DNA of 64,000 nt from Bacteroidales bacterium (GTDB lineage Bacteria; Bacteroidota; Bacteroidia; Bacteroidales; JAUNSR01): the NCBI GenBank assembly GCA_036655355.1, contig JAVVQG010000001.1, forward strand, positions 280,045-344,044, written 5' to 3'. Position numbers and translations under genes: made by a program. Positions 46,287-54,667 of this stretch are shown here, piece after piece (positions within the stretch are counted from its first letter, which is position 1; each line of letters begins with the position of its first letter). Under the pieces are notes generated by a model. It ran no database searches and was not told the DNA's origin. It saw only the letters and a program-made list of their open reading frames with translations.

Positions 46287-46957
46287 AATATTTGATTATT
46301 TAGTAAGCTTTAGGTTGATGATGTAAATGCAAGATGCTTATTGAGTTTGCGATCTCTATTCTTTTAAAATCTCAGATAAAATGGATTGACCCGTTTTAAT
46401 GAAGACATAGACTAATCCATGCTAAACATTTGATTAATATCCAATTAAAAGGATTTAAACTCAAATATACACAATCATTCCGATATTGTCAACTTTGATA
46501 TTGACAATATTCTTTCTTCTGGTTTATGCCTGGCATCTAAGAAAAATAAGACACGGCAGCATAAAAATGATCCGATTTATTGCTCTTATAAATGATATGC
46601 GTAGTAGTTATGTTGTTATTTTTCAATGTTATTCGAAGTGTGTCTCCTTTAAGATAGCCATCTATATTCTTTTTAACAAGCTCTTGTTCCCTCTTATCTG
46701 TCACAGGTGATACCTCTTCAGAAGTAGAAGCGACGGACACCTTGTAGTAATTAGCGTGATTAACAATGGAAAAGGACTCTTTGAATACTTTTGCAAGAGA
46801 ATCAATCGAAATGTTTTTTTGTAACTATCTCTTTTTTAGCCGAATCACTTTGATGCATAATTTGAGAAATCCCCATCGCTACAAAGCGTTTAATTGCTTT
46901 CTATAAATAAGCAGGTTGCTTTCAGAGGTTTCAGCTATTCAATAATTCGAACGAGAA

Positions 46958-46999
46958 GGGAAGAAAACAGAACCGGATGGGAAGAAAAGAAAACGGGAT
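46958..46999. repeat. 21-bp tandem direct repeat, 2 units
   Basis: Units GGGAAGAAAACAGAACCGGAT and GGGAAGAAAAGAAAACGGGAT. Confidence 0.8.
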
Positions 47000-47024
47000 G
47001 CCTAGAAAAAGATGTCGAGACCGC

Positions 47025-47101
47025 GGTTACACGCTAGTTCAAGCACGGTTACACGAAAGTTTAAGCGGGGTTACACGAAAGTTCAACCGCGGGTTCACAC
47101 G
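47025..47101. repeat. 22-bp tandem direct repeat, about 3.5 units
   Basis: Units are GGTTACACGCTAGTTCAAGCAC, GGTTACACGAAAGTTTAAGCGG, GGTTACACGAAAGTTCAACCGCG and a partial GGTTCACACG. Confidence 0.85.
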
Positions 47102-47110
47102 TTTTTCATC

Positions 47111-47136
47111 GGAAGAAAGCATCTTTTCTTCCTTTT
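47111..47136 (+). terminator. terminator-like hairpin directly after the repeat array
   Basis: GGAAGAAA-gcatct-TTTCTTCC followed by TTTT. It is oriented for plus-strand transcription. Confidence 0.45.
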
Positions 47137-47288
47137 ATATCAGATTTTTATGTTTTCTAAAAATTCAGCGAGTAGTTTATCTATCGAAACTTAAATCTTT
47201 TTTACTTTTATTTTATACAATATTGTTAATTTTACAAAAGTAGCTACTTTTAAATCCGACATCAAGTAAAAGTAAAAAAATTCTAACC

Positions 47289-48524
47289 ATGAAGATGAAC
47301 CGTTCTTTTATAAACCTGATTATTTTATCATTCCTAATACTCATAAGTAGTTGTGCAAAAAACAATCAAAAGTCTCAATCAATCGAGGATGAATCACTCT
47401 ATACGATAAGTGCAGAAAACAATAGTTCAAAAACTACAAAATACGATAGTTTTATCAATAACCTGAAGTTTCTAAAATTAGAAACAAATACGGATTGTTT
47501 GATAGGCGAAGAGATTAAGAATGTGAAAATTGAAAAGGATCGAATCTTCATATTGGATAATAATACGAACTTATTTGTATTTGATTTGAATGGGAATTTC
47601 TTACACAAAATAGGAAGAAGAGGAGATGGTCCGGGTGAAGTGCAATCTATCTCTAATTTTTGCCTTAATAAAGAATTGGAAGAGATTATTTTATTCGACA
47701 TAGCGAAGAATACGCTGTTGCTTTTTGATTATGATGGGAAATTTATCAGAAGTACAAAATTCAATGAACGTCTTGATATAACGAATTTTGAAGTTATCAA
47801 TAATAAAGAATTGCTTGTTGAGTTCCTAAATACAAAATATAATGATGTTCCGGATTCGAATAGAAGGTATAATTATGGCATTGTCAATATAGAAGATAAT
47901 TCAATCAAGAGTCGATTCATCCCCTTTCTGGTTAAGCTAAATATGCCAGTTTTAATGAATGGTTTAATGGAAACTTCTGATAAACAAGCACTAATGACGA
48001 CATTATTTTCAAACACATTGTATAAATATGATCGTAAGAGTGACAAAATGCAGAAGTATCTAGAGATAACTCCGAAGGATGACCTTAAGTTTATATCATC
48101 TTCTACTTTTGAGCAAGATCAATCGCAGGATTATTCAGAGGTTATGCAATATATCTATAAGAATAACTATACACATGGGATAAATAAAATACTCCTAACA
48201 TCGAAGTATATTTTTTTAAACGTCTGGACTGAACAGGGTAAAACGACACACATCGTTTTTGATATGGAAACACATCAAAGTTTTGAATTCAATTTTGACA
48301 AGAAATTGATAGCGGAACTTGATGAATACATTTTAAACATTCCACCATTTAAAAACAACAATACAGTAATAAAAGTACTTCAGAGTGAATACCTCATTGC
48401 TAATAAAACAAAATATGAACCTATAAAAGGTTTATACGACTCAATCAACGAATTAAATGGAGAAGAAAATCCGATACTTATATTCTATGATTTAAATCAT
48501 TTATTAGAATCTTCAGAAAGTTAG
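47289..48524 (+). CDS. 6-bladed beta-propeller lipoprotein (BF3164-like family)
   Basis: Lipobox ILISSCAK. Repeated motifs around IFILD, LFVFDLNGNFLHKIGRRGDGPGE and LLLFDYDGKFI are typical of Bacteroides BF3164-type propellers. The gene is AT-rich. Confidence 0.6.
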   Translation: MKMNRSFINLIILSFLILISSCAKNNQKSQSIEDESLYTISAENNSSKTTKYDSFINNLKFLKLETNTDCLIGEEIKNVKIEKDRIFILDNNTNLFVFDLNGNFLHKIGRRGDGPGEVQSISNFCLNKELEEIILFDIAKNTLLLFDYDGKFIRSTKFNERLDITNFEVINNKELLVEFLNTKYNDVPDSNRRYNYGIVNIEDNSIKSRFIPFLVKLNMPVLMNGLMETSDKQALMTTLFSNTLYKYDRKSDKMQKYLEITPKDDLKFISSSTFEQDQSQDYSEVMQYIYKNNYTHGINKILLTSKYIFLNVWTEQGKTTHIVFDMETHQSFEFNFDKKLIAELDEYILNIPPFKNNNTVIKVLQSEYLIANKTKYEPIKGLYDSINELNGEENPILIFYDLNHLLESSES

Positions 48525-48673
48525 AGTTAAGGTCTTATTTTCCTTACGATTGTTCCTCTAAGCTGTGGTATCGAATAAGTTCAAAGATAATTTTATGTAG
48601 AACAGAAAATTACACTCTAAGATCTGTATCAAAGAACATGACACGACCTTTTGTGTATTATTTGAATTTGAAT

Positions 48674-49108
48674 TTATATTCTGATTTTCCTTTTTGTAAT
48701 TATATAAACAACAGCAGAAATACCCCCTATGATAGAAAGGAAGCACAACCACGGGATGTTTGTTCCCAACACTTCCCCATCTTTAAAAAAGAAATCCATT
48801 AATGCCACGGGGAGTGCCAATAGGGATACTTTCGCAATAAGATAACTGTATTTTACAACCAGGTAAATTTTATATTCGTTCCATTGATCCTCTTTCCCTG
48901 CATGTATATATTCCTTTTTCAGTTTGTCATATTTAAAACAAATACGACAACAACTGCCTCCAAGGATCATACTCCATGCAGGTATAAAATATACTAATCC
49001 CTCTTCCTTATTTTCCCAAAAATAATTCCCTTTCACTGTAAAGAATAATAAAAACAGGAATATGCCAAAGGTTAAGGCACTTAGAATAAATATATAAAAA
49101 TATCTCAT
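48674..49108 (-). CDS. small four-TM membrane protein, hypothetical
   Basis: Hydrophobic ORF. The start was placed at the ATG (MRYFYIFILSAL) rather than the listed TTG at 49141. Confidence 0.45.
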   Translation of the reverse strand: MRYFYIFILSALTFGIFLFLLFFTVKGNYFWENKEEGLVYFIPAWSMILGGSCCRICFKYDKLKKEYIHAGKEDQWNEYKIYLVVKYSYLIAKVSLLALPVALMDFFFKDGEVLGTNIPWLCFLSIIGGISAVVYIITKRKIRI

Positions 49109-49644
49109 CGTAGTTCGTTGTTTTATAATTCCATGACTCAATTAATTATGTAAATAAAATGAGTTGTATCTAATTTAAGAAATTATTCGCTATTGGTCAA
49201 ATAGAACACTTTATACAACAGTTTCAGTTGTATTCTTCCCCATAAATTAGACAGACGTAAATTTAATATAAATGTTTAATTTTGATAGGACGACGAAACA
49301 ACAAAGAAGAGAAAACATACAGAAAGTGAAATAGTTAAATCTATTTAGAAGTAAGAAAGCGGAGGAACACTTATGAAATTACCTGAGATTATGGGACTTT
49401 AAGAGCAATCTGGTATAATTTGACATTGGAATATACCGGAATGAAAGAAAGCCTATTATTCGACTGCAACTTACCGGTTCAATGAATTTTGTAAATGAAT
49501 AATGTGCGCGAATTATCAGAATCCTTGGTAACGGATTATAATGAAATCAGTATGACATTAAAAATGCAACTTTGGCTGCCTAATTTAATACCGTCTGAAA
49601 AAGGGGAAGCGGACAATCCGGAGAATGTGTTAAGCTAAAAAACG

Positions 49645-49652
49645 TATCTTTG
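49645..49652 (+). promoter_or_regulatory. Bacteroidota -7 promoter box (TAnnTTTG)
   Basis: TATCTTTG lies only 4 nt before the listed ATG at 49657. This favours the internal ATG at 49717 as the true start. Confidence 0.4.
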
Positions 49653-49656
49653 TTTA

Positions 49657-50277
49657 ATGGTACAAGAAAGACCTCATTATGATCACTTTTCAAGTGACAC
49701 ACACTCAAACTCAGCTATGGAAGAAATTTATATACAAGATAAGATATTTGACAGAATCGATAAGTTGGAAAAAGGAGAATATGAGAATTGCACTTTCAAT
49801 AGTTGTGACTTTTCAGATCATGACTTTTCCGAATATAAATTTATAGATTGCATATTCAAGGGATGTAATTTAAGTTTGGTAAAACTAGATAAAACAGCAT
49901 TGAGAGGGGTAAAATTTAGCGAATGTAAAATATTGGGCGTTCATTTTGACACTTGCAATCAGTTTGCCCTTTCCTTTTCATTTGACGGATGCGTGCTTAA
50001 TTATTGTTCGTTTTACAGAACCAAAATCAGAAAGACTGTATTTCGCAATTCTCAATTACAAGAGGTCGATTTTGTAGAAACTGACTTGACATCGACTATA
50101 TTTGATAAGTGCAATCTGACACAAACAATCTTTGAGAACACAATACTTGAAAAGACAGACTTCCGCACTTCTTGTAATTATTCAATCGACCCAGAGATTA
50201 ATAAAATAAAGAAAGCGAAATTTTCTATACCGGGTGTTTTGGGCCTTTTAGATAAATACGATATAAGCATACAATAA
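49657..50277 (+). CDS. pentapeptide-repeat protein (Qnr/MfpA-like fold)
   Basis: Tandem A(D/N)LXX-type pentapeptides are present (NCTFNSCDFSDHDFSEYKFIDCIFKGCNLSLVKL...). The more likely start is 49717 (MEEIYIQDK). Confidence 0.7.
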   Translation: MVQERPHYDHFSSDTHSNSAMEEIYIQDKIFDRIDKLEKGEYENCTFNSCDFSDHDFSEYKFIDCIFKGCNLSLVKLDKTALRGVKFSECKILGVHFDTCNQFALSFSFDGCVLNYCSFYRTKIRKTVFRNSQLQEVDFVETDLTSTIFDKCNLTQTIFENTILEKTDFRTSCNYSIDPEINKIKKAKFSIPGVLGLLDKYDISIQ

Positions 50278-50610
50278 TGAGATCAAGGGGAGAAATAAAC
50301 CTTTGTAGCTTGGGGTAACATGGATCGTTTTAGGGCATACACGTCGACGTTAGTTCCCTATATACCTCTAATATTTGGACCAATATTTTCGTGGGGAGCA
50401 ACCATCGATGAAGTCGTTATTGGAATATCGTTGATGATAGGCACATTCAAACGTTAACCTATATGGCTAGTGATATATTGCTACTTATTTTAGAAATTTC
50501 AATAATGCTATTCTTAGCGATAAGAACCCTATTTGATTATTGCATATTTGCAGCAACTGCTTGTAGTTTATCATTATATGGTGTAAGGAGAATAGAAATG
50601 GGGGTGAAAC

Positions 50611-50650
50611 AAAAAAACTCCCATAACCTTTACGGTTACGGGAGTTTTTA
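50611..50650. terminator. bidirectional intrinsic terminator (serves the GGGtGRT operon)
   Basis: Arms ACTCCCATAACC (50617-50628) and GGTTACGGGAGT (50634-50645), with an A7 run before and T5 after. Confidence 0.75.
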
Positions 50651-50668
50651 TATGATTGAATCTAAAGA

Positions 50669-51667
50669 TTACTTAGAAGCACCTTCGATTTCTACAGCAA
50701 CTGCTACAGTAGCACCTACCATTGGGTTGTTACCCATTCCTAGGAATCCCATCATTTCTACGTGAGCAGGAACTGATGAAGAACCAGCGAACTGAGCGTC
50801 ACCGTGCATACGACCCATAGTGTCAGTCATACCGTAAGAAGCAGGACCAGCAGCCATGTTGTCTGGGTGAAGCGTACGACCTGTACCACCACCTGATGCT
50901 ACAGAGAAGTATCTACGACCATTCTCGATACACTCTTTTTTGTATGTACCAGCTACCGGGTGCTGGAAACGAGTTGGGTTCGTTGAGTTACCTGTGATTG
51001 ATACGTCAACACCTTCAGCGCGCATGATAGCAACACCTTCGCGAACGTCATCAGCACCGTAACATTTAACTTTCGCACGAAGACCTTCTGAGTAAGATTT
51101 CTCACGAACTACGTTCAATGCGCCAGAAGCGTAATCGAACTGAGTCTGTACGTATGTGAAACCGTTGATACGAGAGATGATCATAGCAGCATCCTTACCT
51201 AGACCGTTAAGGATTACGCGTAGAGGCTCTTTACGTACTTTGTTTGCCATTTCAGCGATTTTGATCGCACCTTCAGCAGCTGCGAAAGACTCGTGACCTG
51301 CCAAGAAAGCGAAACATTTAGTTTCTTCGCGAAGAAGCATCGCAGCTAGGTTACCGTGACCGATACCTACTTTACGATCGTCAGCTACAGAACCTGCGAT
51401 ACAGAAAGCCTGAAGACCTTCACCGATTGCCTCAGCAGCATCAGCAGCGTTTGTGCATCCTTTTTTGATAGCGATAGCAGCACCTACTACATAAGCCCAT
51501 TTCGCATTTTCGAAACAGATTGGCTGAGTTTCTTCACACGTTTTGTAAGGGTTGATACCTTTAGCGTCGCAGATTGCTTTTGCTTCGTCGATATCTTTGA
51601 TGCCGTAAGAGTTCAACACTTCGTTGATCTTCGCGATACGGCGATCGTAACTTTCAAATAAAGCCAT
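50669..51667 (-). CDS. GGGtGRT-family protein (conserved, function unknown)
   Basis: 332-aa ORF with the eponymous SGGGTGRTLHP motif at nt 50873-50893. Codon bias is strong. Confidence 0.8.
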   Translation of the reverse strand: MALFESYDRRIAKINEVLNSYGIKDIDEAKAICDAKGINPYKTCEETQPICFENAKWAYVVGAAIAIKKGCTNAADAAEAIGEGLQAFCIAGSVADDRKVGIGHGNLAAMLLREETKCFAFLAGHESFAAAEGAIKIAEMANKVRKEPLRVILNGLGKDAAMIISRINGFTYVQTQFDYASGALNVVREKSYSEGLRAKVKCYGADDVREGVAIMRAEGVDVSITGNSTNPTRFQHPVAGTYKKECIENGRRYFSVASGGGTGRTLHPDNMAAGPASYGMTDTMGRMHGDAQFAGSSSVPAHVEMMGFLGMGNNPMVGATVAVAVEIEGASK

Positions 51668-51720
51668 TGTATTATTTATTTTTTTGTTTCTACGATAGAG
51701 ATAAATAGCGACCTCAAAGA

Positions 51721-51915
51721 TTATTTCTTTATATTTCTGTTGATCAGAAACATCGCTATGATAAAATTAAAAACGATCATCGCTCCGCCCATACCGCACA
51801 ATACGGCCTTCATGGGCATCTCCTGATTCCAGAAATACCATGCAAAACCTCCCGATATTACTGCTGTAATGATGATCAGGATACGGAGGACAAGCAAGAT
51901 GCGTTTTTTATTCAT
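51721..51915 (-). CDS. small two-TM membrane protein between the NifU-like and GGGtGRT genes
   Basis: 64-aa ORF whose ATG overlaps the upstream stop region by 8 nt. It has two hydrophobic helices. Confidence 0.45.
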   Translation of the reverse strand: MNKKRILLVLRILIIITAVISGGFAWYFWNQEMPMKAVLCGMGGAMIVFNFIIAMFLINRNIKK

Positions 51916-52600
51916 GACGTGGGTTGATATATTTTACAGCGTCGTTGAAACGTCCGTAAGTACCTTTTGCTTTTTCTAGAGCTTCTGCAGCAGAAACACC
52001 TTTCGTTACAGATTCCATGAATTTACCAAGGTGGATGAATTCGTATCCGATAACTTCGTCGTCAGCGTCAAGAGCCATACGTGTACAGTATCCTTCAGCC
52101 ATTTCAAGGTAACGAGTACCTTTAACTTTAGTTCCGTACATTGTACCAACCTGTGAACGAAGACCTTTACCCAAATCCTCAAGACCAGCTCCGATTGGAA
52201 GACCACCTTCAGAGAAAGCAGACTGTGTACGTCCGTAAGCGATCTGTAGGAACAATTCGCGCATTGCTGTGTTGATAGCGTCACAAACAAGGTCAGTGTT
52301 CAATGCTTCCAAAAGCGTTTTTCCCGGAAGGATTTCAGATGCCATAGCAGCTGAGTGAGTCATACCAGAACAACCGATTGTTTCAACCAAAGCTTCTTCG
52401 ATGATACCGTCTTTAACGTTCAAAGTAAGCTTACATGCACCCTGCTGTGGAGCACACCAGCCGATACCGTGAGTCAAACCTGAAATGTCTGTGATCTGTT
52501 TAGATCTTACCCATTTTCCCTCTTCAGGAATTGGAGCGCATTCGTGGTTCGCGCCTTTTTTTACAACACACATGTGTTCTACTTCGTGTGAATAAATCAT
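51908..52600 (-). CDS. IscU/NifU N-terminal-domain-like iron-sulfur scaffold-type protein with a C-terminal extension
   Basis: Three-Cys pattern (GACKLTL, IGCSGMTHSAA, LVCDAI) in an IscU-like arrangement, plus about 100 extra C-terminal residues. Codon bias is strong. Confidence 0.65.
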   Translation of the reverse strand: MIYSHEVEHMCVVKKGANHECAPIPEEGKWVRSKQITDISGLTHGIGWCAPQQGACKLTLNVKDGIIEEALVETIGCSGMTHSAAMASEILPGKTLLEALNTDLVCDAINTAMRELFLQIAYGRTQSAFSEGGLPIGAGLEDLGKGLRSQVGTMYGTKVKGTRYLEMAEGYCTRMALDADDEVIGYEFIHLGKFMESVTKGVSAAEALEKAKGTYGRFNDAVKYINPRHE

Positions 52601-52663
52601 AATTCGCTGTTTTGATTATAAGTGATGAAAAATTCTTTGAATTCTTAAATTTTTTACGATGCG

Positions 52664-52671
52664 CAAAGTTA
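52664..52671 (-). promoter_or_regulatory. Bacteroidota -7 promoter box (TAnnTTTG)
   Basis: TAACTTTG on the minus strand lies 64 nt upstream of the ATG at 52600. Confidence 0.45.
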
Positions 52672-52922
52672 AAAGATTTATTGAATTGTCCCAAAGAAAT
52701 TACATTGCGAAAAAATGACGAACCGCTATTCGCCCTATTTAAAACCATCTACAGCTACTCTATTAAGCAATTATAACGTATCGGAGGCGCTCCCGGAGCC
52801 AACTTTCCAAGTTTTTAGGAAAAGGCTTATTTGAATTATAAAATAAAATATCCAACTTTGCACTCGCATTAGAATGTAACAATATTAAGAAAATTAAGTA
52901 TAAATCTAATTGTCTTTAATCA

Positions 52923-54569
52923 ATGAAAAAAAGTGCATTACAGATCGCACGTGCTGCTTATCAACCTAAATTGCCTAAAGCATTAAGAGGTGCAGTTAAA
53001 ATTTCTGAAGGTGCTGCTACTCAATCTGTAGCGAACCAGTCAGAAATCGCAGAACTATTCCCTAACACTTACGGTTTACCAGCTGTAACTTTCGTAGAAA
53101 GCACAGAAGCTTCTAAATCAGGTGTTATCAACGCCGGCGTTATCCTTTCCGGTGGTCAGGCTCCGGGTGGACACAACGTTATTGCCGGTCTATTCGACGG
53201 TTTGAAGACAATGAATTCTGAAAACAAACTTTACGGATTCCTTTTGGGTCCCGGTGGTTTGGTTGATCACGAATACATCGAACTTACTGCAGAAATCATC
53301 GACGAATACCGTAACACTGGTGGTTTCGACATCATCGGTTCTGGTCGTACGAAATTGGAAACTACTGAGCAGTTCGACAAAGGTCTTGAGATCCTTAAAA
53401 AATTGAACATCTCTGCTCTTGTTATCATCGGTGGTGATGACTCTAACACAAATGCATGCGTTTTGGCTGAGTACTACGCTCAGATCGGCGCAGGCGTACA
53501 GGTGGTAGGTTGTCCTAAAACAATCGACGGTGACTTGAAAAACGACGAAATCGAAACTTCTTTCGGTTTTGACACAGCTTGTAAAGTTTACTCTGAAGTT
53601 ATCGGTAACATCGAACGTGACTGTAACTCAGCTAAAAAATACTGGCACTTCATCAAATTGATGGGTCGTTCTGCGTCTCACATCGCTTTGGAATGTGCTT
53701 TGCAGACTCAGCCGAACATGTGTATCATCTCTGAAGAGGTTGAAGCTAAAAACATGACTCTTGACGAGGTTGTTAACCAGATCGCTGAAGTTGTGGCTAT
53801 GCGTGCTGCTAACGGTGACAACTACGGTACCGTATTGATCCCTGAAGGTTTGATCGAATTCATCCCTGCGATGAAAAACCTGATCTCTGAATTGAACGAC
53901 TTCCTTGCTCACAACGCAGGCGAATTCGCAATGATCAAGAAATCAGCTCAGCGCGAATACATCATCAAACATCTTTCTGAAGCAAACTCAGCTGTTTACG
54001 CATCTCTTCCAGAAGGCGTTGCTCGTCAGTTGACTTTGGATCGCGACCCACACGGTAACGTACAGGTGTCTTTGATCGAAACAGAAAAATTGTTGGGTGA
54101 AATGGTTGGTCGCCGTCTTGCAGATATGAAAGCAGAAGGTAAATACAACGGTAAATTTGCCGCTCAGTACCACTTCTTCGGATACGAAGGTCGTTGTGCT
54201 GCTCCTTCTAACTTCGACGCAGACTATTGCTACTCACTTGGATTCAACGCTGCGATGTTGATCGGTGCAGGCAAAACAGGTTACATGTCTTCTATCAAAA
54301 ACTTGACTGCTCCTGCAGAACAGTGGATCGCGGGGGGTATTCCTATCACGATGATGATGAACATGGAACGTCGTCACGGCGAAATGAAACCGGTTATCCA
54401 GAAAGCGCTTGTTAAACTTGATGGTGCTCCTTTCAAAGCTTTCGCAGCAATGCGCGACGAATGGGCTAAAACTACATCTTACATCTACGCAGGTCCTATC
54501 CAATACTTCGGCCCAACTGAAGTTTGTGACCAGCCAACTGTAACATTACAGCTTGAACAGGCGAAATAA
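52923..54569 (+). CDS. pfp: diphosphate--fructose-6-phosphate 1-phosphotransferase (PPi-PFK, long form)
   Basis: Motifs [19 protein letters not shown] and KLMGRSASH in a 548-aa protein. Codon usage looks like that of a highly expressed gene. Confidence 0.9.
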   Translation: MKKSALQIARAAYQPKLPKALRGAVKISEGAATQSVANQSEIAELFPNTYGLPAVTFVESTEASKSGVINAGVILSGGQAPGGHNVIAGLFDGLKTMNSENKLYGFLLGPGGLVDHEYIELTAEIIDEYRNTGGFDIIGSGRTKLETTEQFDKGLEILKKLNISALVIIGGDDSNTNACVLAEYYAQIGAGVQVVGCPKTIDGDLKNDEIETSFGFDTACKVYSEVIGNIERDCNSAKKYWHFIKLMGRSASHIALECALQTQPNMCIISEEVEAKNMTLDEVVNQIAEVVAMRAANGDNYGTVLIPEGLIEFIPAMKNLISELNDFLAHNAGEFAMIKKSAQREYIIKHLSEANSAVYASLPEGVARQLTLDRDPHGNVQVSLIETEKLLGEMVGRRLADMKAEGKYNGKFAAQYHFFGYEGRCAAPSNFDADYCYSLGFNAAMLIGAGKTGYMSSIKNLTAPAEQWIAGGIPITMMMNMERRHGEMKPVIQKALVKLDGAPFKAFAAMRDEWAKTTSYIYAGPIQYFGPTEVCDQPTVTLQLEQAK

Positions 54570-54594
54570 TTTCACCTGAACGCAATATTTTAAA

Positions 54595-54627
54595 AGAGGA
54601 TGCCGTTTTCGGCGTCCTCTTTTTTTA
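54595..54627 (+). terminator. intrinsic terminator of pfp
   Basis: Arms AGAGGATGCCG and CGGCGTCCTCT around a TTTT loop, followed by T7. Confidence 0.75.
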
Positions 54628-54633
54628 TATTTG
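54626..54633 (+). promoter_or_regulatory. Bacteroidota -7 promoter box (TAnnTTTG)
   Basis: TATATTTG lies 7 nt before the listed ATG at 54641. This favours the ATG at 54668. Confidence 0.4.
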
Positions 54634-54667
54634 CGTTTCAATGTTTTTTAACCCTATTTCATCACCT

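Noticed and set aside
49373-49638. A string of very short ORFs (MKLPEIMGL, MKESLLFDCNLPVQ and a 47-aa ORF at 49495-49638) upstream of the pentapeptide-repeat gene.
   Set aside because: All fall below any reasonable coding threshold, carry no motifs and lie in different frames. They probably reflect AT-rich non-coding DNA or a decayed gene, and I cannot support a call.
44969-50610. Classifying the AT-rich island as a defined mobile element (ICE, IS or prophage).
   Set aside because: I could find no integrase, transposase, relaxase, phage gene, tRNA target or flanking direct or inverted terminal repeats. Only the compositional signal supports foreign origin.
50463-50765. A 100-aa plus-strand ORF, together with a 45-codon ORF at 50321-50458.
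   Set aside because: The 100-aa ORF reads straight through the bidirectional terminator at 50611-50650 and into the GGGtGRT gene on the opposite strand. Neither ORF shows a motif. At best they are remnants of a membrane-protein gene.
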